This document shows, one piece after another, positions 1 through 12,429 of a DNA stretch of 64,000 nucleotides. The notes beneath the pieces are model-generated. The model searched no databases. It was not told where the DNA came from and worked only from the letters and a program-made list of their open reading frames with translations. Positions within the stretch are counted from its first letter, which is position 1. Each line of letters begins with the position of its first letter. This DNA comes from the human T2T-CHM13v2.0 reference genome, Homo sapiens. The stretch is taken from the NCBI RefSeq assembly GCF_009914755.1, contig NC_060935.1; one strand, written 5' to 3'. The position numbers were made by a program, and so were the translations under genes.

Positions 1-1771
1 GGTATTTCTCCTAATGCTATCCCTCCCCTAGCCTGCTACCCCTTGACAGGCCCCAGTGCATAATATTCCTCTCCCTGTGTCCATGTATTCTCATTGTTCA
101 ACTCCCAATATCAGTGAGAACATGCAGAGTTTGGTTTTCTGTTCCTGTGTTAGTTTGCTGAGAATGATGGTTTCCAGCTTCATCCATGTGCCTGCAAAAG
201 ACATGAACTCATCTTTTTTATGGCTGCAAAGTATTCCATTTTGTATATGTGCCACATTTTCTTTATTCAGTCTATCACTGATGGACATTTGGGTTGGTTC
301 CAAGTCTTTGCTATTGTGAACAGTGCTGCAATAAACATATGTGTGCATGTGTCTTTATAGTAGAATGATTTATGATCCTTTGGGTATATACCCAGTAATG
401 GGATTGCTCGGTCAAATGTTATTTCTGGTTCTAGATCCTTCAGGAACTGCCACACTGTCTTCCACAATGGTTGAACTAATTTACAATCCTATCAACAGTG
501 TAAAAGCGTTCCTATTTCTCATCTTCTCCAACATCTGTTTATTCCTGACTTTTGAATGATCACCATTCTAACTGGTGTGAGATGGTATCTCATTGTGGTT
601 TTGATTTGCATTTCTCTAATGGCCAGAGATGATGAGCTTTTTTTCGTGTTTGTTGGCCACATAAATATCTTCTTTTGATAAGTGTCTGTTCATATCCTTT
701 GCCCACTTTTGGATGGGGCTGTTTGCTTTTTCTTGTAAATTTGTTTAAGTTCTTTGTAGATTCTGGATATTAGACTTTGTCAGATGGATAGACTGCAAAC
801 ATTTGCTCCCATTCTGTAGGTTGCCTGTTCACTCATGGTAGTTTCTTTTGCTGTGCAGAAGCTCTTTAGTTTAATTAGATATCATTTGTCAATTTTGGCT
901 TTTGTTGCAATCGCTTTTGGTGTTTTAGTCATGAATTCTTTGCCCATGCCTATGTCCTGAATGGTATTGACTAGGTTTTCTGCTATGGTTTTTATGCTTT
1001 TAGGTCTTATGTTTAAGCCTTTCATCTATCTTGAGTTAATTTTTGTATAAGGTGTAAGGAAGGGGTCCAATTTCATTTCTCTGCATATGGCTAGCCAGTT
1101 TTCCCAACACTATTTATTAAATAAGGAATCCTTCCCATTGCTTGGTTTTGTCAGGTTTGTCAAAGATCAGATGGTTGTAGATGTGTGACATTATTTCTGA
1201 GGCCTCTGTTCTGTTCCACTGGACTATGTATCTGTGTTCATACCAGTACCATCCTGTTTTGGTTACTGTAGCCTTGTAGTATAGTTTGAAGTCAGGTAGC
1301 ATGATGCCTCCAGCTTTGTTCTTTTTACTTAGAATTGTCTTGGCTATATGGGCTCTTTTTGGTTCCATATAAAATTTAAAGTAGCTTTTTCCAATTCTGT
1401 GAAGAAAGTGAATGGCAGCTTCATGAAGATAGCATTGAATCTGTAAATTACTTTGGGCAGTATGGCCATTTTCATGACATTGGTTCTTCCTATCCATGAG
1501 CATGGAATGTTTTTGCATTTGTTTGTGTCCTCTCTTATTTCCTTGAGCAGTGGTTTGTAGTTCTCCTTGAAGAAGTCCTCCACATCCCTTGTAAGTTGTA
1601 TTCCTAGGTATTTTATTCTCTTGTAGCAATTGTAAATGGGAGTTCCCTCATGATTTGGTTCTCTGTTTGTCTATTATTGGTGTATAGGAATGCTTGTGAT
1701 TTTTGCGCATTGATTTTGTATCCTGAGAATTTGCTGAAGTTGTTTATCAGCTTAAGGAGATTTGGGGCTGA
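1..1771 (-). mobile_element. L1PA LINE-1, 3' part of ORF2 and 3'UTR (non-inverted arm of a 5'-inverted insertion); poly(A) end lies left of the window
   Basis: Minus-strand ORF2 C-terminal peptides ([47 protein letters not shown]) and L1 3'UTR; frameshifted and stop-disrupted. Confidence 0.95.
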
Positions 1772-4668
1772 AACTCCCACATAATAATAGTGGGAGTCTT
1801 TAACACCCCACTGTCAATATTAGACAGATCAACAAGACAGGAAATTAACAAGGATATTCAGGACTTGAACTCAGCCCTGGACCAAGTGTATCTAATAGAC
1901 ATTGACACAACTCTCCACCCCAAATCAATGGAATATACATTCTTCTCAGCACCACATCACACTTATTCTAAAATTGACCACATAATTGGAAGTAAAACAC
2001 TCCTCAGCAAATGCAAAAGAATGGAAATCATAAGAAACAGTCTCTTAGAACACAGTGCAATCAAAATAGAACTCAGGATGAAGAAACCCACTCAAAACTG
2101 CACGACTACATGGAAATTGAACAACATGCTCCTGAACAACTACTGGGTAAATAACGAAATTAAGGCAGAAATAAATAAGTTCTTTGAAAATAATGAGAAC
2201 AAAGACACATTGTACCTGAATCTCTGGGACACAGCTAATGCCGTGTTTAGAGGGAAATTTATAGCATTAAATTCCCACAGGAGAAAGGGAAACAGATCTA
2301 AAATCGACATCCTAACATTTATGTGGCCAATGAACATATGAAAAAATGTTCATGATTACTGATCACTACAGACATGCAAATCAAACCACAATGAGATACC
2401 ATCTCACACCAGTTAGAATGGCAATCATTAAAACATCAGAAAACAACAGATGCTGGAGCGGATGTGGAGAAATAGGAATGCTTTTACAATGTTGGTGGGC
2501 GTGTAAATTAGTTCAACCATTGTAGAAGACAGTTTGGCAATTTCTCAAGGATCTAGAACTAGAAATACAATTTGACCAAGCAATCCCATTACTGGATATA
2601 TACCCAGAGGATTATAAATCATTCTAGTATAAAGACACTATAACATGTTTGTTTATTGCGGCACTATTCACAATAGCAAAGACTTGGAACAAACCCAAAT
2701 GTCCATCAATTATAGACTGGATAAAGAAAATGTGGCACATATACACCATGGAATACTATGCAGCCATTAAAAAGAATGAGTTCACCTTTGCAGGGACATA
2801 GATGAAGCTGGAAATCATCATTCTCAGTAAACTAACACAGGAACAGAAAACCAAACACTGCATGTTCTCACTGATAAGTGGGAGTTGAACAATGAGAACA
2901 CATAGACACAGGGAGGGGAATATCACACACTGGGGCCTGTCAGGTGGTGGGGGGATAGGGAAGGGATAGTATTAGGAGAAATACCTAATGTAGGTGACAG
3001 GTTGATGGGTGCAGCAAACCACAATGGCACGTGTATACCTATGTAACAAAACTGCACATTCTGCACATATACCTCAAAACTTAAAAGAAAAAAGTATATA
3101 TTAAAAAAAGAACTAGAAAAGCAAGAGAAAAGAAATTCAAAAGCTACCAGGAGACAGGAAATAACTAAGATCAGAGTAGAACTGAAGGAGGTGGAGACAT
3201 GAAAAACCCTTCAAAAAATCAACGAATCCAGGAGCTGTTTTTTTTTCAAAGATTAACAAAACAGACTGCGAGCCAGAATAATAAAGAAGAAAAGAAAGAA
3301 GAATTGAATAGATACAATAAAAATGATAAAGGGGATATCACCACTGATACCATTGAAATACAAACTACCATCAGAGAATACTATAAATACCTCTATGCAA
3401 ATAAACTAGAAAATTTAGAATAAATGGATAAATTTCTGGACACATACACCCTCCCAAGACTAAACCAGGAAGAAGCTGAATCCCTGAATAGATCAATAAC
3501 AAATTCTGAAATTGAATCAGTAATTAGTAGCCTACCAACCAAAAAAAGCCCAGGACCAGACAGATTGACAGCCAAATTCTTCCAGAGGTACAAAAAGGAG
3601 CTGGTACCATTCCTTCTGATACTATTCTAAACAATAGAAAAAGAGGGACTCCTCCCTCTTTTTATGAGGCCAGCATCATCCTAATGCCAAAAGCTGGCAA
3701 AGACACAACAAAAAAATGTAAATTTCAGGCCAATATCCCTGATGAACATTAATGCAGAAATCCTCAATAAAATCTTGGCGAATCAAATCTAGCAGCACAT
3801 CAAAAAGCTCATCCACCATGATCAAGTCAGCTTCATCCCTGGGATGCAAGACTGGTTCAACATATGCAAATCAATAAACGTAATCCATCACATAAACAGA
3901 ACCAACGACAAAAACCACATGATTATCTCAATAGATGCAGAAAAGGCCTTTGACAAAATTTAACACCCCTTCATGTTAAAAACTCCTAATAAACTATGTA
4001 TTGATGAAACGTTATCTCAAAATAATAAGAGCTATTTATGACAAAGCCACAGCCAGTATCATACTAAATGGGCACAAGCTGGAAACATTACCTTTGAAAA
4101 CAGGCACAAGACAAGGATGCCCTTTCTCCACTCCTATTCAACATAGTATTGGAAGTTTTGGCCAGGGAAATCAGGCAAGAGACATAAATAAACGGTATTC
4201 AAATAGGAAGAGAGGAAGTAAAATTGTCTGTGTTTGCAGATGACATGATTGTATATTTAGAAGCCCCATCATCTCAGCCCAAAATCTCCTTAAGCTGAAA
4301 AGCAACTTCAGCAGTCTCAGGATACAAAATCAATGGGCAAAAAGCAAAAGCATTCTTATACACCAATAACAGACAAACAGAGAGCCAAATCACAAGTGAA
4401 CTTCCATTCACAATTGCTACAAGAGAATAAAGTACTTAGAAATACAACTTACAAGGGATGTGAAGGATGTCTTCAAGGAGAACTACAAACCACTGCTCAA
4501 GGAAATAAGAGAGGACGCAAACAAATGGAAAGACATTCAATGTTCATGGATAGGAAGAACCAATATCATGAAAATGGCCATAGTGCCCAAAGTAATTTAC
4601 AGATTCTATGCTATCCCCATCAAGCTACCACTGACTTTCTTCACAGAATTAGAAAATACTACTTTAAG
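1772..4668 (+). mobile_element. L1PA ORF2 segment (endonuclease C-terminal half through RT), inverted arm of the same insertion
   Basis: Plus-strand peptides [45 protein letters not shown] and FADD-encoding TTTGCAGATGAC; abrupt strand switch at 1771/1772. Confidence 0.93.
2319..3105 (+). mobile_element. 5'-truncated L1PA 3' end (about 790 bp) nested inside the L1 ORF2 segment
   Basis: L1 3' ORF2/3'UTR plus A-rich tail interrupts host ORF2 between CCTAACAT and AAAAGAACTAG. Confidence 0.9.
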
Positions 4669-5479
4669 TTTTTGACTTTTCAAGAAAGAGTTAAATGATA
4701 TATTTTGATTTGTGTGCAAATTAGTAAAGGTGAGATAAAAGTATTTATATACCTGAAGTGTATTTTAAAGGACTATTGCAAATCATTGAAGTTTAGTTAT
4801 TTGAATTTGCATTTATCTCTCTCCAAAGTGCTTATATTTAAGTATTTATTGATGTGATTTCTATTCAGACTACTGTAGGTTTAGTTAGATTTCAGAATCT
4901 AGAATGTATTTGTATGTAGTAATAAAAGAGACTTTTGAAAGATAATTTTTATGTAGATGAGCATTCATATTATACCAGCACACTGATTTCCAAATATTTT
5001 TCCATGAGATAAGTGTAATTTGAATAAAATATAGCATCACTCTCCTAAATTGACAAAGTGAAGCAAGCCAAGTTACAAATGTCACCAATGTCTAAACCAC
5101 ATAAGGATACATATGTACTGATGAATATAAGTAATAAAATAATTTTTTTTTCTGTTTTACTTTTGGGAGTTAAGACTTGGCAGTGTATTAGTGTAGGGTA
5201 GGATGGAAACTTCCAGTTTCTGTGAGTTTACAACTGTCATGCATTATCTGTTTTCCAATGGAGAACTGTTAAGTAAAGAACTAGGGTTGGATTTTAGCAA
5301 AAATTGTCCACATTTTAACAACAATCGCAATATAGATGTCATCGCATCACTATTAATCAACAGTATTTGGACATGTATGGCTGAATTCAGATCCCCAATA
5401 TCAGAAATAGTTTGACTTCCCTTCATAGTTTGTCCTCTACTCAATTTATGTTTTTCCTTCTCCATCTCAATGTAGTATC

Positions 5480-8140
5480 TGAAAATAAACTTTTAGTTTT
5501 AGAACAGATTTAGGTTTACAGAAAATTTCAGAAAATAGTACAAAGAATCACCACATACACCACACTCCATTTTCCATATTAACATATTGCATTAGTACAA
5601 GGCATTTTACATTCAATGAACCAATATTGATATATTATTATTAATTAAATTCCATACTTTATTCAGATTTCTTTAGTTATTTTGCTGTTTCAGGATCCCA
5701 TCCAATACACCCCATTACTTTTAGTTGCCATGATTCTCTTGGCCTTAACAGGTTCACAAGCTTTCCTAGTTTTAGATTACCTTAACAGTTTTGAGTACAG
5801 GTCAAGTATTTTGTAGAATGTCTCTCAACTGATATTTGTTTTATACCCATTTTATATTTAGACCAGGATTATGTATTTTTGGAAAGACCACAGAAATAAA
5901 GTGTCATTATGATCACATCATGACAAAGGTACGTACTATCAACATGACTTATAATCACTGAAATTAATCTTAACCACCTGAATGAGGTGGTGTTTGTCAG
6001 GTTTCTCTATATATTTATTTTTCTTCCCCTTACCATACTGTACTCTTTAGAAGGAGCTCACTGTGCATAGCCCACATTTAAGGAATAGAGAGTTATGCTT
6101 CCACCTCCTTGACCTAGTAGTAGCAAGAGAAAATTTTGAAATTCTTCCTATTTTTCCTCATTTGTTTATATAACTGCTTATTTCTATTGTTATGGCCACA
6201 AAGTATACTTATTTTATACTTTGGGTTTTAATACAATACTGCTTTATTTGGTTGCTCCAATTGTTCCAGCTTTGGCCACTGGGAGCTGTTTCAGTTGGCT
6301 CCGTTGTCCCTTTGAACTGCCACTATCATTGTGAAGATTTTTTTTTCCCCCTATTGGGACATTCCTTACTTTTGGTTAAAACAAAATATTGGAGGCTCAA
6401 CTTGTATATTTTCTTCCCCGATCCACAATGAACAATTTTTCTAAAAACTCTGGTTCCTTTTATTGAAAAATATTATTAGAAACCAAGATCTAGGTATTAA
6501 GTATGCTTATCAGTAATTCAACATTGCTACTAATTTCAGGGTCTCTCACCTGAAAGAAAATAATATGTATGCGGTGAATAATAACCTGTATATATACTTT
6601 TAACTATCACTATTTCTATGGGTAGCTATCTCTATCTATATTAAGCTAAATGTGAGTTAATACTGATGTACCGGACTCTAATCCATTACCAGATAGATCA
6701 CTACAGCCTCCTCCCGTTTTTCTGTAACTTCCCACAGCTCCACAATCTACTATCCAATTATTTCCTAATCTTCAGTTTTAATACACATGTGTAAAGTTAT
6801 CAGGACTGTTAACCCATACCCCCATTCAAAACTACTTCATCAACCAGGGTACGATTATTTATACTGTTTTTTATATTCTTTTTGCCTTTAGTATTACAGA
6901 TTCCATTCATTTCCAAATTTGCTTAGGTCAGCCACATTCTGCCCCAAACCCCTGCAGTTAGGTTGTTTCATGTATTTGTAATAAAGATGGAAGGCTTTGG
7001 TATAATACGTTATTCCTTTTATCTTAGAATACTCTGACTACTAAAATAATTTTTTAGAATTTGCATATATTAGGGTTGCCTCTTTGTGTCATAAATTTCT
7101 AAGGGTTTTCACAAATGCCTAATAGCATGTATCTATCATTAAAATATCATAAGCAATAATTTCACTATGTTGAATATCCACTGGGCTTCATTAATTAACC
7201 TCCCCCCTCCTGAAACTGAACACAACCACTGATCTTTTTTACCATCTCTATAATTTTTCCATTTAGAGAATCTCATATAATTTGGAATCATACTATGCAT
7301 TTAAGGTTTATCCATGTCTTTTTGTGGCTTGATAGCTCATTACATTTTATTGTTGAATAATATTCCATTGTATGACAGTATCACCCTTCATTTATCCATT
7401 CACTTGTTAAAGATATATTGAATGCTTCCTGTTTGGGACAATTATAGATAAAGCTACTTAACTTTTATGTGCAAGCTTTGTATGAATATAAGTTTAAAAT
7501 CAGTGTGAGAATTTCCTGAAATCATGATTACTAGATTGTATAGTAAAATTATGCTTAGCTTTGAAATAAACAGCCAAACTGTATTTCAAAGTGGTTGTTC
7601 CAGTCTACAATTCCACCAACAATGAATGAGAGTTCCTGTTGCTTTGCACTCTGTCCAACAATTTGTATTTCATTGTTGGGTAACTTATAGAGCCTTAACA
7701 ACAAGATGTTGGAAATATTTTGTATTGATTTGCCATCTGATCTTCTTTTTTGGTGAGCTGTCTGTTCAAATCTTTTGTGCAGTTTTTAATCATGTGGTGA
7801 GTTTTCTTATTGTAGAGTTTTGAGAGTTTTTCTATGGTTTGTATACAAGTCCTTTGTCAGATATTGTTCTGTAAATATTTTTCTCCGAATCTGTAGCTTA
7901 TGCTTTCATTCTCTTAACAGTGCTTTTTCAACAAAGAATTTTTAATTTTACTAAATTCCAACTAATCAATTTTTTTCTTTCATGGATAGCACATTTGATG
8001 TTGTACCTAAAAATTGATCACCACGTGATCATATGGATTTTCTCCTATTTTATTGTCTAGAAGGTTTATAGTTTTGTATTTTACATTTACGTCTATGATC
8101 CATTTTGAATTAATTTTTGAGACAAAGATAAGGTCTGTGT
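5480..8140 (-). mobile_element. Old L1M (L1MC/L1MD-type) 3'UTR and ORF2 fragments
   Basis: TTTTAGAACAGATTTAGGTTTACAGAAAA-type 3' end; degenerate antisense ORF2 (SKINSKWIIDVNVKYKTINLL). Confidence 0.7.
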
Positions 8141-8394
8141 CTAGGTTACAAACAGGTAATAACTTTCCAGCAGGGATTGGATGCAAGACAGGACATTTTT
8201 TAAAATCATCCCCCCCATCTATCAATCTCTATCCCTCTCTATTGTTTTATCTCTCTCAGCTTGAACTTCAAGGAGTGTAAATGTCCGTGTGTCTTGGCAA
8301 CTGGTTGAGGTAAAAATGGCCTTTGTCATGTAATGTGATTTAGCTGGGAGTTAGGTATACCACAAATAATGATTCGAGAGTCATAGAGAGAGAT

Positions 8395-8580
8395 CATAAG
8401 CTCTGGACTCAGATATTCTGATCTTAGACATGTTTTACATAGCTTTTTGTGTCTCATTTTTGCTATCTACATGAGGATAATAATAATGCATATACATAGG
8501 GGTGATGTAAAGTCAAATTGGTTAATATTTGTTATGTGCTTTGGAAAAAGTTGTCAAATAGTATATGTTCTAAAAGTATT
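8395..8580. mobile_element. MIR fragment
   Basis: CTCTGGACTCAGA...TCTCATTT...GAGGATAATAAT MIR core-like sequence. Confidence 0.5.
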
Positions 8581-9872
8581 TGAGATATAAATGCAGATTT
8601 AAGCTCAAATTATCTCCAGATATTTGTTACCATGCTTCTTTTAAAATTTAAACATTTTAAATTTAAACATGTTAAATTTAAAATGTTTTAAATTAGTCAA
8701 AAACAGGTTGTTGTTGTTGTTGTTGTGTTGTGTTTTTTATACATTCCTTTGTGAATTATTAGAGTTGGTGAAGAGATGCCTGTGTTAACACATGAACCAA
8801 AATGTTAAGTGAGAAATGTCATCTGCTTTGTGGATATTGTGATAATGATTGGCATTGAACTGTGGGCCAGAGAATGTGGTCACAGCCATGGCTGAATCCT
8901 TCAGGTCTCCAATATTATAAGGAACTCCTACCAGGAAAATCATAATAATTCTAAAATGTATTTCTTTGTTTATTCATTTTCAGTAAGTGAGGTAGCATTC
9001 TTTTAGTGCACAATATTTAATGTATTTAATGGAAATACAGTTTATGAAGTTGAGTGGTCCTGGCTTCACTATATGCCAAAGCAGATTAGATCATGGCCCC
9101 CTATCGCACCCAGTTCTGAGTTCTGACCCTGGAATGAAGAATGACCAGAGAAATGACATGGTAGCTGTGCTTAGTAGTATTAATAAGAAAATGTCCTTTT
9201 CCTGGAGCAATCTAGAACCCTTGACTGGTAATTATTTCTCTAATTTTTTTATTATAAATATCTTGAATTTTTCTTTTCAGTATTTTCTTATGCTAGTTCC
9301 TACTCTTGTTGGACCAATAACATTTTAATTTCATCTGTAACACTTACCCTCCCAGGGTTCTTCTCTGCTTCTTTACTTCTTCCCTACGTCTTATTTGTGT
9401 TCAATTATACTCCCTGGCCCTTTATGTCCCAAGCGACTGCCTCATACCAATGTTTATCTTACTGCAAATTAGCATTTGCCAAAGAGCTGTACTGATATAA
9501 GCTATATAAATATGTACTAATATGAAAGGACAATATTTGAGGAATTTTATACAAGTAAATGATGTGCAGATCTTTTAAAAGAAATAGAAGCAAGTGGAGC
9601 TCCAGGCTATTAAGGTTTTTGGTTTGTTTTTTGTTTTTTTCTTAAGGGAAAAAATATAAAAGCCTGTAGCCCATAACATGGCACATGTGTGTTTTTGTGT
9701 GAACACAAAACTTAAAGGAAGAAAGAGAGATAGTGTCCTGCAAAATGACAGTTTCAGTCATCATTTGAAAACTTGATTCTAAGTTGTCATATTAAATTGC
9801 CACAGGATGAACAGTCATCTCCTAAGCTCTGTTGAGAAATTTTAATTCTTAAATGCTTACCACCTACTAGGT

Positions 9873-10107
9873 TAGGGTTTCTTAACCTTGGCTCTGTTGG
9901 CAGTTTTGGTGAGATAATTCTCTGTTGCAGGGGGCTGTCCTGTGCATTGTAAGATATTTAGTAACATCCCTGGAACCGATGCCCTAGATGCTAGTAGCTT
10001 CCCCGACATCCACCATGAATTGTGACCAAAAAAAGAAAAATAATATGTCTCTAGGTATTGCCAGATATCTTGTAGTGGACAAAATTGCCCTGGGTTGAGA
10101 ACTGCTG
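9873..10107 (-). mobile_element. MER20 (hAT-Charlie non-autonomous DNA transposon)
   Basis: Termini AGGGTTTCTTAACC and GGTTGAGAACTGCTG; internal GGGGCTGTCCTGTGCATTGTAAGAT matches MER20 antisense. Confidence 0.85.
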
Positions 10108-10544
10108 TGCTAGATATTTTAAAAATTCTTTTCCAAGAGATGTTTAAACCCATGAGAAAAGGATATGGTGAGATAGAGAACTTTAAAGTAAATATGAGTT
10201 AGAAACTTGGGAAGAACTTCAAAGAGTTATACTAATGTCTTTGTGTTATCTGAGCCTACTGAACTATTCTGTTTTGTACTTGGTGTTTGTTTTATTGAAG
10301 AAGAACTCTTTAGCAGTGCAAAAGGAAGTCATATCTTGTTTTCATTATGGTTAAGTAAACAAAGCTCTTTCCCTTAGGATCTCCCTGTTTTTTCATTAAC
10401 CTTTTCTTCAAGACAATATAACGTTGAATATTATACCAATTTTCGTGGCTGGGGAAAGTGAGACATGCAAAAGAGAGCACCTCATCAAAGGCACCTAACC
10501 AGTTACTCAAAATCCAAGAGGAAGCCTAGAATGATAACCACAAA

Positions 10545-10996
10545 TGTTCATAAGTCTAACGAAAGCTCAGAGTACATTCTCATGAGTCTGGTGAGACAGA
10601 ACCCTCACACAGGAAGTTAGGCAAAGCAAATGTATTACTTACAGATAGAGAGAAAGGATAAACAGAAGCCTAGGATACATAACAAGCTGGTCCATCAAGG
10701 CTAAGGAAAGCTGCCTAGGGTGGATGGAATCTTAAATGCATGTGCCGCACTGCAGCTGAGGGACCCAGAAAACACTCCATTTTGGATTTTACACCCTGAG
10801 TGCCACTTGGCATGCTGAACTCAAATATTACAGAACTTCTTGTTCTAGGACAAATAAGCACATAGCCTGGGTTGTTCCAGATATTTTCCTTCTTATCTCA
10901 GGATATTGCATTCTCAATCCATTCTACCAAAGAATTACAAGCAATAGGGAGAAGAGGAAGGTCAGCTAAGGTAATCTATGGTCCTGTCCTCCTACA
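10545..10996 (-). mobile_element. 3' LTR of a class III (ERVL-group) provirus; subfamily not resolved
   Basis: On the minus strand it begins TGTAGGAGGACAGG directly after a PPT-like CAGGGAGTGAAC; left boundary approximate. Confidence 0.7.
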
Positions 10997-12429
10997 GTTC
11001 ACTCCCTGAGCCAGGTACCTCCACTTAGCTGAGCTATTTATTTTATATGAACAGTGACTTCCCCAAATCTGGAGGTAAAGATTGGTCTCATCAAATCAAT
11101 GTGGCACCTTAAAATGTATGACCTTGGTGCAACACCCTTAAGTCATGGCTAAAAGACATGGCACTAGACCCATGAAGATCCTTACTATAGGCAGGATGAT
11201 CAGGCATGCCTGGGGCAGCAAGCTAGCCCAGGATCCCAGTGACCCACATGAAAAGTTGCTAATGGATTGAAGAAGGATCACTCACGAGGCCTTACTGTCT
11301 CCAGCCTGTGGGCCTGCTTCTAGATCTACTCTACTTGTGCCTCTACAATACCTAAGATGTTTATCCAGGTGCAGCTGGAGATGTTGGCAGTCATTCTCAC
11401 TTCTTACAGTTAGGCTAAAAGAAAGTTTAGAGCAATCTGTTGTCTAAAATCACCTTCCCACAGAAATTGAGGAATATCTGGTGAACCGTGAAGGCATTCT
11501 CATTGGAGGAGACAATATCTGCCATGGTCAGGGACAGGTTTCTTATCATGTCCTCATGATCATTGACTCCTATTTATGGATCAGACATCTCAAAAATGAT
11601 GTAACACTCAGTGTCAGTTACACCTTCTGACAGGTCCCTAGTAAGCCTTGTATACAGCTTAAGGCTTCTGGCCTAATGGAGCATCCCATTCCCAGGGATG
11701 GTATCTAGGGCACCCCAGGTATACCCGTTGGGCAGGACCCTGATATCCATCAGCTTTCAAAGGCATGACAGTGTGCATTTCATATTTAGGTCACCCCTGA
11801 CTGCCTACAGATAAAGATGTGGCTCTTGGGTGCATACAGCACTGCTTCTTCTGTTTATGCTCAGTGGCTCATTCAAGAGTATAGATCCATTGGCATATTT
11901 TAGCCAAGTCTCATTTATGAGGGTCATGTGATCTCAGTTTCCCCCACACAATAATCCTCTACACAGAGGGTTAGCAACAGGACAGGTCTTGTTATGCTCA
12001 TTGCCATATGAACACCTCTCCTTTTAGGTAATCGAAGGAATGTGGTGTGACAAAGGACTAACCCACTAAGATTTTGTCATGTGTAGCTGTGATGTTTTGC
12101 TATCATAGGCCAGGAAAGTTAAAACAGGGCACTTCTGTCTGTCTTCCATGGGGCAAAGGCCAGATCTTCACTCAGTAATTCAGGGCTTGGGTTCCACTTG
12201 TGTACACTGTGGCATAAGGAAGTCTCGTATAAATTACCATTAGCAGGAAAGGGTCACTATAGCCTGTGACAGAATGAGATCCAGGGTTATAAATCCAACA
12301 GATCATCAGGTTACTCACAGTGGCCACAGGGTGGGATTGTCTAACACAGGCTTCATGCTTCCACACCTTTGCTACCACATCTCTGTAGAAAGAGCAGATT
12401 GATGGAATCTCACAGGTTCCTTATCTACT
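10997..12429 (-). mobile_element. env: ERV internal region: degraded env (TM subunit and distal SU)
   Basis: Manual minus-strand translation: RLTR|DLS at 11637-11648, MIRNLSLTMADI, KVILDNR(fs)IALNFLLA*L*EVRMTANISSCTWINI, then hydrophobic ACLIILPIVRIFMGLV; stops and frameshifts. Confidence 0.85.

Noticed and set aside
1117-4698. L1 ORF2 peptides as a functional RT/endonuclease
   Set aside because: Fragmented by stops, frameshifts, an inversion and a nested insertion; no ORF1 or 5'UTR
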